Shown here piece after piece: positions 1-14,727 of a stretch of DNA of 64,000 bases. The stretch is from Podarcis liolepis. Its lineage: Eukaryota. A program made the translations under genes and the position numbers. The stretch lies in assembly GCA_965112155.1 (NCBI GenBank), contig OZ218115.1; one strand, written 5' to 3'. Below the pieces are notes generated by a model. The model was given only the letters and a program-made list of their open reading frames with translations. It had not been told where the DNA came from and did not search any database. Each line of letters begins with the position of its first letter. Within the stretch, counting starts at the first letter, position 1.

Positions 1-1059
1 AAAGTCCTATTTTTTAAAAAAACAGAAAATCCCAACAGCCAATAGTTGGTAAATCTTGTAAGAAATAATAGGGTTCCACCTACTGGTGAAAGGAGGTACA
101 TGGTTTTATTTCCTACAGAACTTTTGGGGCAGAAGTGCATTTTGTAAGGTGGATGCTGATGCAGTAAAAGCCCCAACTGGAGGCTTTTATAGATCTTGGT
201 TCATCATCATACAGCTTTTGAAGTGCTACATTTTTTAAAATAGAAAAAGATATAGAAAAGTAGTGCAAATAAAAAACAAAAACCACTACCAAAAATACTA
301 ATAGAATTAATAGAGTATGGAGTCCTCCCTTACCCCCCACAGAAGGTAGTAGCCCCTCCTGGCTCCCACCTTGGATCTTTCTCCTCCCAGCCTCTTGTCC
401 TGGCAGACCAGCGTTTCACTACCTCCCACCCAGGGTCCTCCATCAACCATCCACCACCGCCATGAGTAAACCATCCCTGGAGCTTAATAAAGACTCTGAG
501 TAGAGGGTGCCAAATAAAAAGAGAAGAAAACAAAGAAGAGACACGGCTTTTGAAGTGCTACAATTTGAAAATCTGTCCTGCAACATCTTTGGGATACAGG
601 GCACCAGTTGCCATTTGAAGCTGAGAGTGTGTGATTTGCCAGGGGTCACCAGAATATCTGTACCTGGGCTGGGTTTAGATTAGACTTCCAAGCCCAGCAT
701 CCTAGCCAACGGTTAACATCCGCGTCTTTAAACATGGCTTTTGCCTTAGCCTTGTCGTGGATAAGTCTGGGAGGTTTTCTAAGTGGTGACTGATGCTAAC
801 CTGCAGCTCCCATTACCCAAACCATTGACCAGGGGTGTGTTGTCAATACTTGTCAAGATGTTCCTGCATTGATTGCTTGTGTGTTGATATTAATCCTGCC
901 TGCTGCAGGACACTTTTTCTCTTCCCACTATTGCACGAGTGCTGGGACATGAGGAGGCAGACAGGACACTCAGGCTGAGAAATCAAAGGAGGGCAATGTG
1001 GTGACAGCTCCTGTTTTGGGAGGCTATCTAACATCTTTTCTCACTTCTTCTTTTTCTAG

Positions 1060-1251
1060 GGCATCCACCACCACCACCTGCAAAGCCCAGTGCGTTGTCT
1101 TCTCATTTTCCATATGCTTCCCCTGAGCCACCGCCTTCCCTACCTGAGCCCCCACGTGCTGCGCCTGCCCCAGATCCTGGCAGCCACGGCAGCAGCAGGG
1201 CCAGGGAATCAATTTGGGAGCCCCACAAACAAGCTTCCTCACCTGCACCAG
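1060..1251 (+). CDS. IRAK1: IRAK1 exon (ProST region, about exon 3)
   Basis: tttttctag|GG CAT CCA...CCA G|gtaaaa; (W)HPPPPPAKPSAL...ASSPAP matches the human exon-3 start WHPP; 192 nt, phase 1-1. Confidence 0.8.
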
Positions 1252-1840
1252 GTAAAAATGCATGCCATGGCTAGGGGAAGCCTTTATTTATTGAGGATAG
1301 TAAAGGTGTAGAATCTGCTTTTCTCCTCTGATGCAGGCATCTTCACCCTTTTCAGACCCAGGCCCTACGTTTAACCCAAACATGCATTTCTTAATCTTTC
1401 ACAATATACTTGTATGGTGGCAGCGACCCACCTTGGATCAGGCTGTGACCCACTGGTGGGTCCTGGCCCACCAGTTGAAGACCAGGGCTCTAGTGGAAAT
1501 GCTTAATGACCTTCTCCCCACCCCTGTGGTCTGAAAAGCTGACTGTGTTCCAGACTGCAAATAAGTGGTAGCCAATATGGTTTCCTCCAGATGTTGTCCC
1601 ACCACCCTTGACTTTGCACCATGCTGGCTGAGGCTGATGGGACGTGGGCTGCAGCTCCCATCTGGAGGGTAGCGCATTATTTGCCTCTGATTTTAAGCCT
1701 CTCCTTTCCCAACATAGCATCTCATTATGGGACTTCTGGACAATGAAAGGGGGTGGGGCATATTGGAAATGGTTTGTGCTTTTTTAATTTCCTTGCCAGA
1801 ACTGTGCATTCTGCAGTTCTGTGATGATGCTTTTCAAGTA

Positions 1841-2696
1841 CAGTGGTGCCTCGCAAGACAAAATTAATTCGTTCTGCGAGTTTTTTCGTCTAGCGAATTT
1901 TTCGTCTTGTGAAGCACGAAATCCCATAGGAATGCATTGAAATTCAATTAATGCGTTCCTATGGTCAAAAAAAGTCCAAACAAAGCCAAATTTGGTATAA
2001 CAAGAGTTTATTAAGTGCTCTTTAAAGTCACACATACTGTAAAGAGCATTTCAAAAATTGAAGGAACAATAAATTAAGTTTCTAAACATGACAGAAAAAC
2101 ATTTAAAAATCAACAAAGTGTACAGTACATTTTCTAAGACTCTGGGGGACAACTCGAAGAAGGTTCCTCTTCCACTCTTTGCTTCTTGCTGAAGAACCCC
2201 CTCCCCAACTGTTCCCCCAACCACCCACCACACAGAATTTCAAATCCAGAATTTTTTTAAAAAAACAGCAGAGTGGCCCAATGGTCACAGAAAATCATAA
2301 AAATGCAGAAAAAAAACACACAAGCTTCCAGATTCTTGCAAACCCCTCCCCAACACCAAGTCCTTGAATTCCAAACACCCCAACCCAAAATCCAAAACCC
2401 CCCAAAAAGTTTTAAAAGTTTAACTTACCAAATGGCTGCAAAAGAAGTTTTGGAAAAGCTTCAAAAATCACCAAAGTCTTCAAAAACCTCAAAAAAGGCT
2501 ACCACACCGCGTTCTATGAGTTGCTCCTCGAAGTCAAGTCGCAACTGTATTAACGGTGTTAAGAAAAAGGAAACAAACTTGCAAGACGTTTTCGTTTTTC
2601 GTCTTGCGAAGCAAGCCCATAGGGAAAATCGTCTTGCGAAGCAGCTCAGAAAACGCAAAACCTTTTCGTCTAGCGAGTTTTTTGTCTTGCGAGGCA
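1841..2696. mobile_element. Non-autonomous Tc1/mariner(pogo)-type DNA element
   Basis: TA|CAGTGGTGCCTCGCAAGACAAAA at the left; inverted TTTTGTCTTGCGAGGCA at the right (tip eroded); internal CGTCTTGCGA/CGTCTAGCGA subterminal repeats. Confidence 0.75.
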
Positions 2697-3442
2697 TTTT
2701 ATTTATTTATTTACAGGAACTGGTGGCGGCTGTTGAATATGGCTTTCCAAGAGCTTCTCATTTCACTTGAACATATGTTTCTAGCCTTTAAAGTAATGGC
2801 TCTGGGCCTGAGAGTGTGGAAGGGGTGGGGTGGGCTGAGTAGGAGTCCTGTTTTGTGGGGTGGAGGGTGTATCTCTTGGCTCCTTCCTTGGCCATCAGAA
2901 GCAAGATTACGCAGAAAGGAAAATAATGTGCACGCATGCTTAATATGCACAATTTATGTAGGCTGCAGAATTTGGCTTTCTTGGTGTACACTCTCTTTTA
3001 CAAGAGAGCATATGCATCCCCACTGCTGGGGCCGGGCTATTCAGAACAGCATCAAGTTCAATTCCCTGCTCTCAGTTGGGAATCCCCAGAGAAAAAAAGG
3101 GACTTCAGGTTCTAGCAATATATGAGAAGCGATGAAATTCCCTTTCCATGGTTCTTATACTTTGCATTGTAGTAGAAGGGGGCTCCTGCTGTGTAGTTTA
3201 CAGGGGTGGGGGAAATTGGGCCTTTAGCCTTTTATCCTGGGGGTTTTACAGCCCCTTGATTACAAAAATGAGGAACAAGAATACTTTTTCTCATTTAGTA
3301 AGATTTTCTTCTTGAAATAGGCAAGCCAGAACTATGCAAAATATGAAAACTCCCCTGTCCAGGAGTCATCTATGGCACTATAGAGAAGGATCTTCAATTT
3401 TGTAGTGCCACAATTATGCTGGGGGGGGGGGGAGGAAGGGTC

Positions 3443-4500
3443 TGTAGTAATGCTGGGTCTCACCCACCCTCCTCACCTGTCCTACAATCCAGCGGGACCC
3501 GGCTAAGAGAGGGGAGGTGGTGCCACAGCATTTACTTTTCAGGACAAACACAACAGAAGGGGTAGTTGCTGCCACCACTCCCTTGTCCGGGGATAGCCCA
3601 GAAGATTAACCCAAGGGAGAAGGTTACTCTTCCTTGTTGCCGGCTGCCCCACCCTGCATTGCTTTAACACAAATTGCAGGCAGAAATTCAACAGGTTCAG
3701 TAGGAGGCTAAGTGGTCAGACATTGGATTCAGACTTTCCCCCAGAAAAGCACACAGAACAAAATAGGAAAAGCCTTTTTAAAAAATTATTTAAAAAACAA
3801 GATTAAACATACTTAAAAGTAGGCACATCTCTTACAGTCGTTTCAGACAGGAAAATAAAAACATTGTAAAGCATCTCTAGCTAAACGTACTTACAAAAAC
3901 GAGAACAAAAGAAGAGTTAAGGCAGTTCGTAAAGTTCTCGGCTGAATCCGCATCTCAGGAAGACAATAGGAATTCGTCATCACAAAGAACACACATATGA
4001 ATGTAGCAAGGGGACTGTCAGCATGCTGGTAAGCCGGACAGAAGGGCGGATGCACTGCACACTGCAGGCTCGTTCCTAAGGTTTTTATCCCACATGTAAG
4101 CGGACCCCCAAGGACCAATCAGAATTTCTGATTAATTCAAAATTTACCAATGGTCAACTAGTTGGGTAATAACTCAGCTTGTGACAGCTGAAGCTCGTTT
4201 GTTCTTAAGACCTTGGGATCAAAGGGTTCCTCCCAAATTCTCAAAGACGATTAGGGTTGATGGCTCATTCACACACAGGCAGCATCTTAGATACCAGGTG
4301 TTAAAACACCACTAATCAGCTGGAAGTTTTCCTTCCTGCAGATGCATGAGATAAGTATTCACACTCCCAGAGTCAGTCAGTCTACAGTTTAAAGCAACAA
4401 GGACACATTTCCCATAAATCCTTTGGCCTTTGGTTCTCCCACAATGCTTCTCTCAGCTTGACCAAAGTTTGGCTAACAAAAATCTCCTAACTTCACTACA
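3443..4500. mobile_element. Solo LTR (1058 bp)
   Basis: Starts TGTAGT and ends ACTACA (perfect 6-bp inverted termini, TG...CA); exact 5-bp direct repeat GGGTC at 3438-3442 and 4501-4505. Confidence 0.8.
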
Positions 4501-5137
4501 GGGTCAAAGTGGAAACTTAAAATTTTCCTCAGCCCTTCAGCTTGATCTCTCCATACATCACATCAAACAAAGGGGTGACTTGATGTCCTGAGTATTATTG
4601 TAAGCCACCTGTAGTGTTTTTACTGGAAGGGGAAGTGAAAACATATTCAAAATGCTACTTTTTCTTCAAATCAAACTCATAGGTCCTGGCGGGAACAAAA
4701 CTGGGGAGTTCAGATAGAAGAATAAGATTGGATAAAGCACTGGTCCAAGGTGCAATATGGACCTCTTTCAGCTCAAATCAATGAACTCCCCCTGGAAAAT
4801 AGTATGTTGCTGGTTCACAATACCACAATTAGTTTCTTTTGTACACAGGGCAGCTTCCCCCTTATGTTGGAGGGGGTGCCAGGATACTGGAACCTACTGG
4901 GATATGTGGTGGGCCTTCCCCAAGGCAAAAGAGTTCTGGATAAAAGTATTTTCTGAGATCTCATTCATAGCAAACCATTCTTCCCCCCCCCCCTTTTTTG
5001 ACTCTTTTGAATTTGTTTGTAGATTCGGATCAAGACCTGAATATCAAGAAACTGATTTTGCTTAAGTGTCAAGTTTTGGAAAACTTTGATTTAAATAATC
5101 TGGATTATTGGTATTCCAAGCCTTCTTGAAAATGTCC

Positions 5138-5212
<75 letters not shown>
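5138..5212. repeat. (TTA)n microsatellite
   Basis: About 25 ATT units with one interruption. Confidence 0.95.
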
Positions 5213-5213
<1 letters not shown>

Positions 5214-6083
5214 TCATAAGTTAAAAGTTTCCAGGGCTGAAAGTGCTCAAGATTGAGTTAATTTTGATTCAGCACTCAGGAGCACAGGTTTATGTGATGA
5301 TCTTTCTTGCACTTGGCCCCCCTGTGATGATAATGCACTTTCATTATTGCTTTCATTATTTTTATTTTTTACTCTGGCATTGGCAAGCAGAGTATTAATA
5401 TCTAATAGCCAGTACCTTATTTTCCTACACAGCAACTTCAGTTTTCAGAGTAGGGAGGCAATCTGACTTTATTGGTTGATTATTATTTTTAAAAAGCATA
5501 CTTATCTCTGTTTGCTGCCTTTTTCCTTTTCCTTGCCCCTGCCTTCCCCATTTTTGTAGTATGAAAGTAACCTACTGAAGTAGAGGCACACACTTCTGTC
5601 TTTACCAAAAGAATGTGCACAAGTTCTGCCTGTGATGCATTTGCTGCTCAAGGTGGGGCGTGCAGGTGTGTCTGAAGGCCAAGCCATTCATACAGAAATA
5701 GCATCCTGAAATACTGTACTAAAATATGAACTCTTCCTTGTAACCACCACCACCCATAATAAAACTGAAATTCTCCCCAACTAGCTCAAAGAAATAGATA
5801 ACAAAAGCTGTAAGAGAGTTAAATTTTGATTTGGACTAGTGTATATATATTACATGTATATATTACATATATTGCATGTATTTGACTTCTCCCTTTCTTT
5901 TTCAAAAGGAAAAGCATTCAGGAATGGCTGGAATCATGGGGGGAAACCTAACCCATTGCAGGAGAGCAGTAGGCAGAGGAGAAAGAGGCAGCTTAACCTA
6001 TTCTTCTCTGGCTAATGCCGTGTTCACATTTCCCAGTTTGCTCTTTTGTTCCCTGTGGAGAAAAGAGGTGGGGAGATTTCACT

Positions 6084-6104
6084 ACACACACACACACACA
6101 CACA
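6084..6104. repeat. (CA)n microsatellite
   Basis: Direct read. Confidence 0.9.
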
Positions 6105-7181
6105 CTTGTAAGGGACAGAATCATGCAACCACAGACCCTGTTTCCATTGAGAGGCGAGAAGACTTGGGGCGGTGGATTATCCACTGAGAATTTTTCCTAT
6201 GTAGCTGCAGAATAGAACAGGGACTGTGGAAAAAGCATCTTTTCAGAGGAGGCCAGTGGTATGCCATCTGGATTTGTTTAGGTTGAAGCACCAAAATGCT
6301 CCATGCTGACCCTGTTGGGAGCCAGAAAAAATGGAACGGTTATTTTTGCAAGCTGTGTATGAATGTGGTGCAGAGTTAGGGTAGTGAGTTGATCTTTTGA
6401 GACTGATAGGGGAGATAATTATTTCCGTGCCCTATTTTTAAAGGTATACAGGACCCACTTGGATACGTGTTCAGCATGAGTTGCTTCGTGCACAAGTAAG
6501 ATACCAGGGCTCTGTGAACCATGTGCTAAAGGAAAATTCAAATTCTATGCCAAGACTGCCCAAAATTATGCACCAAGGAAAGCTGAGTTCTGCATCTGGA
6601 ATAAACTGTGTACATTTTGCCTCTCTCCCTCCAATGCTGCTTCTGCCACTCACAGGAAACACCAAGGACCATACACAAAGGGCGTCGAAGGCACTGGAGA
6701 TTCTGTGTGCGTCCACACATAAACTAGCTATTGAAATTTCATCAAGCATTGCCTGCACACTTTTCAAGTCTTCCTTGTATGTTGTGAAGGCTAGAAACGT
6801 AATTTTAAAATGAAAGTAGAGGTTCTTGGGATGTTGGATTCTGTGCCCACCCAGTTGCCTGTCACTTCCTTCTGCAGGCTCTGTGCCATCTAGAGCAGTC
6901 TAGATGTCTGTCGGAACCCGCAGCTCTGTCACTTATTTCAGTTTATTCAGGTGGTAGAATTTCCTTTCATGTAACTTCTTAAGCAGTGCTGAGGAAAAGT
7001 GGTGATTCTCCCAGTCTTTTCTGTATCTCCTGCCGCTTTTCAAAACGTTCTATGTTTCCCACTCTTGCTTCCACCACCTTGAGCAAACATCATTGAGGGG
7101 GCTGGAAATTGGAGGAGGAGGACCCATTTTTGTACCCCAGCTATAACGGCATTCATTCCCACTTCTTCCCCATGCAAACAG

Positions 7182-7288
7182 AGCCCTCCTGTCCTCCGCT
7201 GTCTCTGCCAGGCCCCCCTCCCAGCAGCCACCTTAACAGTGTCGGCCAGAGAAACCCACCTTTGCCTCCCACCCGCCTTGATGAACAG
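7182..7288 (+). CDS. IRAK1: IRAK1 exon (about exon 4)
   Basis: aaacag|AG CCC...GAA CAG|gtatgg; EPSCPPLSLPGPPPSSHL...RLDEQ; phases 1-0 bridge the flanking exons. Confidence 0.75.
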
Positions 7289-7940
7289 GTATGGACCTAA
7301 TTCTGCTGCTGCCTGATGGAACAGTTGGGCTCTGACTGTGTATGTGGTGGGGGGGGGTGTATGTGGGAATTCAATGTGCAGGAAAACATAAGGAAAGCTG
7401 CCTGGTGACCAGGGTGGTGTAGGCTGGGCTACTGAATGATGGAACTAAGTATCTAGCTCTTGAGAATCTCAGCCTTGAGCATTTGTCTGCTGTTAATACT
7501 TCTAGTCCTCATGGTTTGCAACACGCTTATTCTTTTACATGTAAAAGCAGGTAGTGTCTGTCACAGTTATGGGGCTACCTGGGCTCCTTTGGAAAGTCAA
7601 GATCCAAATTCAATAAATAAGTACCTGTTTCTTCCTCAGTCATATTTTTGTACTGCTTAGTTCCCCATTGTGCACCTGCCGTCCCTCCTGCCATTTTTCG
7701 ATGGTGGCTTTTTCTTTCCCCTTACTGTTTAAGCCCTCTTCTGATCCCCCTCATGTTTGTACTCTGCACCCTTCCTTTCTCTTTCTGCATCCTTTCAGCA
7801 TTATCACTTCTGGGCTGATGCCGGATAGTTGCTTCTCTCCAGCAACTCGCTGCCAGCAACAAGACCTCAAGGAGCTGGAACCTGATGCCCTCCTTCCATG
7901 CAGTTAGTGGAACTCGACTGTCTTGAGGAGCACATGTTGA

Positions 7941-8159
<219 letters not shown>

Positions 8160-8704
8160 TAACCAAAGAGTACTGGGCTGGGGGCCTGACCATTTTACTT
8201 TGCATTCCCCTCCACCATCCTGGTATCCTCCTGGTGTTTTGAACTCCCATTACTCCTGTCCACACTGGATGGGGTGGATGGAAGTTGTAGCCCAACAGCA
8301 TATGGAGGACACCAGGTTGGGAGGGGCTGCCTTCCACAGCCTTCCTGCCTCTCCTCCATCTGGTCCATGGAAGGATGAATCAGTTAGCATTCGCTTTGCT
8401 CATGTAAGGTCTCAGCTCAAATTCCCAGCATTTCTGACTGAAGGGCCTTCTAGCAGCTTGAGTCTTTGGAGTGCCCTGGCAGCAGAGCTTGTGGGACCCT
8501 TGGGGTGACTCCTCATCTCCTTGTGTCTCTCCAGTCTCCTTTGTGCTTGGCTGTGGGGGGTTGGAAGGGAGCCACCTCAGTCCTCTTTCATTCCCACCCC
8601 ACAAGCGTGGCCTTGCCAGTTCTTCTGAAAGAAGGTGTGCTCCTAGTGGTGATACTGATCATCTTTATCTATTCTCACCCCCCCCCCCCTAATCTGACTG
8701 ACAG

Positions 8705-8769
8705 GAAGCAGAATTGGATTGGACTGTAATAAAGAACAGCTTTGTCACAGAGGTGGAAAAACTTTCCCG
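8705..8769 (+). CDS. IRAK1: IRAK1 exon (alphaC helix)
   Basis: EAELDWTVIKNSFVTEVEKLS(R); acag|...|gtgag. Confidence 0.93.
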
Positions 8770-8789
8770 GTGAGACCTGAAAACTATGA

Positions 8790-9053
<264 letters not shown>

Positions 9054-9124
9054 TGAACTTCTATTCTTCTTCTCAATACTTTTATCCAGGGGTTCTTCAG
9101 AAGGTGGCACCAAAGACTGTTTGA

Positions 9125-9265
<141 letters not shown>

Positions 9266-10621
9266 TGAGAGAGGAGGAGAGCTACTCTCCCAGGCTGCGA
9301 ACAGATGAAAACGGGGCATGATGTTAAACCAAACTGGAGGATTGTTGCTTTGTGCATGAGAAGGAAGAGTTCTGCTTTTCACATCTTCTGCTTTGACTTG
9401 GGGAGGAGGGAATCATCACAAGACGTGTGTTGGCACACGTGCTGCGATTCCGCAAGGAAATTCATTGCAGAACTTTGCTTTCTAAAAACCCCATATTTTT
9501 TATTTATTTTTTGAAAAGTGTGAGCCAAGTCTGCTGAAATGGAAGCAGCCAGAAGGGTCTGTGTATGAGATTTCCCAATGGTGGGGTTTGGGTGCTCTGC
9601 TTCACCAGTTGTCCCTCTCTATGATTAACAAAGCCAGAATAAATTACTCAGAGTTAGAGAAATTAGGCAATTTACTAAAACTGCATAATTCAAGCAGGTT
9701 GCAGAATTTGGGTTGCCTGAGTGCAGAATTCCAGTTTTCTTGTTCTTAGCATATAAAAGTGTATTAAAAACTCTGGACACATCCTTTGCAAAGGATAGAT
9801 CTGTTATTGAATGGGAAAGGCACTAAGTAGAAATTCTTCCATATCGGTAGTGCTGTTGTGTGCTACTGTGATGGGCCTTTAATAATTAGCAGGGTGCAGA
9901 CAGTAGAAGCAGGTCAGGGTCATTTCGACGGGTAGAATAGCCAAGCTTCTGAAATCTGTAGCTTTTGTAATCCAAAACAATCTGCTCACCATCCACAAAT
10001 CTTCATGCTTTTCCCAACACACTGTGGTTTCCTGTCTTCAGCAAGCACAAGAGAACTCTGCTGTTTTTTGGAACATACCTGCCCCAGTAAAAAAACCCCA
10101 AAAGCTATATCTCTTAAAGTTCTTTTTTTTGGGTGTGTGTGTGGAAATGTTACAAATCTCCATTAAAAGCAGAGTTGGGGCTATGATTCCAGAAAAAGCA
10201 CAGAATGTGATACTGAGCCCAGAATTCAGCTTTCCAGAGATCTCATTTTTTGTTTTTCATAAAGCAAGCTTCTGTTCCTTTTAGGATTGTAAATATACAC
10301 TTAAAGGTGTGTTTGCAGTGCCTGGTGAAATCTCAGTAGCCAGAGGAGTTGCTGGATTAAAGTATAAGTGGTCAGAGAGCAGGACTTTGGTGCTTTGTCT
10401 TAGCCCTCATCTTCTGGATGATTAACTGGAGCAGAATGGGCAGTGCAAAATAGGCTGAACTGGGATTGATTTCTTTTTTTCTGGGCTCACAATGTGGATG
10501 ACTGGAACAAAATTCATAGCAACAAGATGAAGAACGTATGCTGCTCAAAATGTAATTGGTACACACAGGAGATTTTGATGAGGCTTATTTTGGAGAATGG
10601 AATGTGAGAGGCTGTGTATAG

Positions 10622-10963
<342 letters not shown>

Positions 10964-11026
10964 TGAGATTTTATTATTTAAAAAATTGATATATCACTTT
11001 TCATTTATAAAGGGATTACTCTCAAA

Positions 11027-11141
11027 GCGCGCTCTCTCTCTCTCACACGCACGCGCGCGCGCGCGCACACACACACACACACAGTTGTAGACTTGGGACC
11101 CAAGGGTCATCTGGTCCAACCCCCTAAAGTGCAAGAGTAGA

Positions 11142-11187
<46 letters not shown>
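11027..11187. repeat. Two compound (CT)n/(CG)n/(CA)n microsatellites
   Basis: ctctct-cacgcgcgcgcg-cacaca at about 11030-11082; (CT)n(CA)n at about 11142-11187. Confidence 0.9.
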
Positions 11188-11795
11188 GTATTTCATCTGG
11201 GCCTGCAGCTTCTTTGCCTTTTGAGCACCCATCCTAGGACATCAGGAGTGTGGGGAGGTTGGCACAGGGAGAATATGATGAGTTAGGAAAATTCCCTCTT
11301 TTGGTGTGTTGGAAAGAATATGCTTTGTTTGGAAAGCTGTTCTTTCCAAGAATTCAGTGCTAGGTGAAAATTCTGGCCCTTTGAAGGCTTGTTATCTTGC
11401 AGGAACACTTACAAGGACTTAACTGTCATAGGATATGTTGGAGCTATGCCCTTGTTCATCTGTCTAGCTCATTCAGAGACAGAAAGTACAAACTAGGAAT
11501 TGGCAACTTGGGGGGGATGGGGGTGCCCCTTGACCACTTGATCGTCTAACACACTCCAGCCCAGCAAGAGCGCATCTTTTGGGGAAGACTCCTTCCCTGC
11601 TATGCACTTTGCCTGTCCTGTGTGTGAGACAAGGCAAAATGGAAGTGAGCTACTAAGGGGTGTGAAGGGGGGGAACCCTGCCAGTGTCTCAGTGCCATAA
11701 CTAAATCAGGCCATGAACGTTTTTCTTTAATTTGCAAATATCAATTGGTATGTTTTAATAGTACCCCTTGACCTTTCTAAGGGTTACTATATTTA

Positions 11796-11964
11796 CCGTA
11801 TTTTTTGCACCATAACACTCACTTTTTTCCTCCTAAAAAGTAAGGGGAAATGTCTGTGCGTGTTATGGAGGGAATGCCTACGGGTGGCATGCCTACGGAT
11901 TTTCCTCCTCTAAAAACTACGTGCGTGTTATGGTCGGGTGCGTGTTATAGAGCGAAAAATACGG
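11796..11964. mobile_element. Tc1/mariner-type MITE
   Basis: TA|CCGTATTTTT...AAAAATACGG|TA terminal inverted repeats with TA duplication. Confidence 0.85.
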
Positions 11965-12299
11965 TACATATCAGACAAGGGAGTGTGTGTTGCTGATTAT
12001 ATTTTAGGCTCTTCTTCAAATGCAGCATTACCATTCAAGAGCCTTGACAGAGTCTGAAATGGTGGGCCACTCCCAGGCTGAGAGAAGGCTGCAATGGACC
12101 CATCAAATTGATTGTAATATCAGACAGATGATGACCACAGACAAACTTCAAAAGCTACATCAGCAAACTCTAGAAAGGACTTGGAATATTTGTGCGCTAC
12201 ATCAGGATATAACCAGGGAATGTAGACCATTTCTGATTCCTACTTCCCACCCTAAAATATCCAAGCACATGGAGTCGGTTTGATAGGGACTGTAAGTCC

Positions 12300-13830
12300 A
12301 AGAAAAAAGAACTGTCCTAATAAGACAAGTTCAGTTTGCCCATTCAGGTGAGGCTATTTCTCTTCTACAACAGCAATGGCGAGAATATAAAACATTGTTA
12401 AGGGAGGAAAAAAGGGTACATTATGAAAATAGTTGAAAATCTTTGGGCCTCGCTCCTATTGAGAAGAACAAATCCAAATTTTGGAACCTAATTCAAGGAG
12501 GCTCTGTGGATAAGCTTTTTGAGTCTTTACTCGCACCCCCATAATACCTGAAATTTGAGTTGCCCATTCTAGTGCCATTTTTGGAAGTAAAATGAATATA
12601 AACCCTCCAAGACAGAGAACCCTTTAACTCTCCCTAACTGGCTTGGGAAAGCACCAGGAGAAGATGTTTCCTCCGGCGGTTTTCTCTTTGGACGTAAATT
12701 GCTGCTCTCCAATTTTGGCAAAACTATTTACATGCATAAACACGACTGGCAGCATCTCTTTAGGGTGCTGGTGTACCAGTATAGTCCTTCCCATTTTCAA
12801 GAAAGGAGACCTTTCAGACCCTCACAACTATAGACCTATGAGACTGCTAGATGTGGCCTCCAAATTATAATCAGGTTATTTATTAAATAAAATCCAAGAA
12901 TGGGACAGTAATCAAGCCATCATTCATGATGAACAAGCAGGATTTAGGAAGGATAGATCAAGTTTATGTATTGTATAAGCTAATTTGTAAATTTATCAAA
13001 AGTCCATATAAGACCCTCTATGCAGCTTTTAAATCCTGCCCTCAATATCTGTGTGTCAAAGAATACTGCACCAATGCCTTATAGGGCTGAAATTTGATGA
13101 ACTGGTGTCAAATCTGAACGAGAAGTCCTACAAAAGAAATTTATGAGGCAGGTATTGGGGCTTCCTCCTGGGACTCTGTTGGCTCATCCGAGAGCTGAGT
13201 TGGGTCTCCCCTCAATAGCGGCCAGAATTGATCTAGCCTATCTTAGCTACTGGCATAGACTTTGAGGACCATATTCTCACCAAGCTCAGCTGGTTGGAGC
13301 AACTGAGGACAGGAGGTTGGGTACAAAAGTGTCAAGATAAGCTTAGGGCTTGAAATCTCCCAGAGGGGAAATATTTATCCCTTAGTGAACTTAGAAATTG
13401 GATATTTGACCATGACTCCAAGCAAGCCAGAGCATTCACAATCGCTGCCTGTTATTCTGTTTGGGACCCTCAAATTAAGGACAACCATTCAAGGCCCCAC
13501 TACCTTCCCCACAATTGCATAGGGCCTTTGTTGAGCTTCGGCTTCAACAGATGCCCTCAGCATCCTTAGAGGGGAGATGCCTTGGGATTCCTCAGATGGC
13601 ATGGAAACGCATTTATGGATGTAATCAGGTCGAGGATGTCTTGCACCAGTTGTTGATTTGCCCCTTATAGACGGTGCTCATAACATTTTTAATACTCTAT
13701 TCTTTATTGGTCCTCTGATAGATCCCCCAGGAAGTGATAGTTGAACTCTTAGCTGATAAATATCTACAAATTACACATCTGGTAACCAAATTTGCCCTGG
13801 CAGCTAAGAAGCTTTATTCCAGTTATGTTA
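12300..13830 (+). mobile_element. Degenerate non-LTR retrotransposon (LINE) ORF2 fragment
   Basis: IVLPIFKKGDLSDPHNYRPMRLLDVASKL and EQAGFRKDRS (RT N-terminal motifs); later a C..EDVLH.LLICP zinc-knuckle-like remnant; many stops; boundaries approximate. Confidence 0.75.
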
Positions 13831-14489
13831 ATGCATTGTAATTTTAAATTTTATGTTGCAGACTTTTATGCTGTAGAGTTTTATAGATTTGCATTGTGTG
13901 GTTTTAGAGGAATGCCTTGCTTTTGCCCTCTGTCGTTCATTGTGAAGGCCTTAGACTATACAGGCAGTGACTATTTTGTGTGGGGATTCTGTTCCCTGGC
14001 CCCCACATGCATCAGAGGAGTGCGCATAAGCTTGTTCCACTTCCATTCTGCCCTCTTCTGGGTGCAGAAGGACCCATGCGTCAGTGGCCGCGCTTCCACT
14101 GGACATGCACAAAATTGTCGCTGGCTGTATACAATAAATTGAATTGACTGACCATGTCTCAGTTGCCTGCTCATAATACTGGGGAGGATGGCGGGGGGGG
14201 GGGGGCTTGAGGGGGTCAGGTCAGTGTGCAGAGTTGATGCTACTGGCCCTGCAGCCCAACCCATGTTGACAACAAGCTGCTGGCTTTCAATTTTAATACA
14301 CAAATTGAGCATTGGAAGTGAGCCCAAGGGATGCGATCCTCAGAGTGCCTGATCCTGTCTGGTTGGCTAAGCTAGAATGTGGGGAAAGAAGGGAACCCCC
14401 CACCCCCGTTTCTCTTTCCCTTCCTTGCTATGCATTCCGCTTTATTTTAAGTGCAGCTCCTTTTCCTCCCACCAACCCACCCCTCCCAG

Positions 14490-14558
14490 GTCCTGTTGGA
14501 AATCTTGACGGGGAGACGATCTATGGAGCTGGATTCACGTGGACACAGCAAGTACTTG
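14490..14558 (+). CDS. IRAK1: IRAK1 exon
   Basis: VLLEILTGRRSMELDSRGHSKYL; cccag|...|gtgag. Confidence 0.94.
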
Positions 14559-14727
14559 GTGAGAAATTATTCTGTTCTCTCCCCCTCCCCCCCGGCCTGC
14601 CACTCATTTATTAATGTGCAGCTTGTTTCCTTTCTGACACCGAACAGTCAGTGTTGATGCTGCTCCATCCTTGCTGGCTTTCCCACCTCCTCTTTTTCCA
14701 ACGGATTATCCCTCTCTCTGCCTTCAG

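Noticed and set aside
2273-2770. 165-aa Lys-rich ORF as a transposase
   Set aside because: It lies inside an A-rich non-autonomous element and has no HTH or DDE motif.
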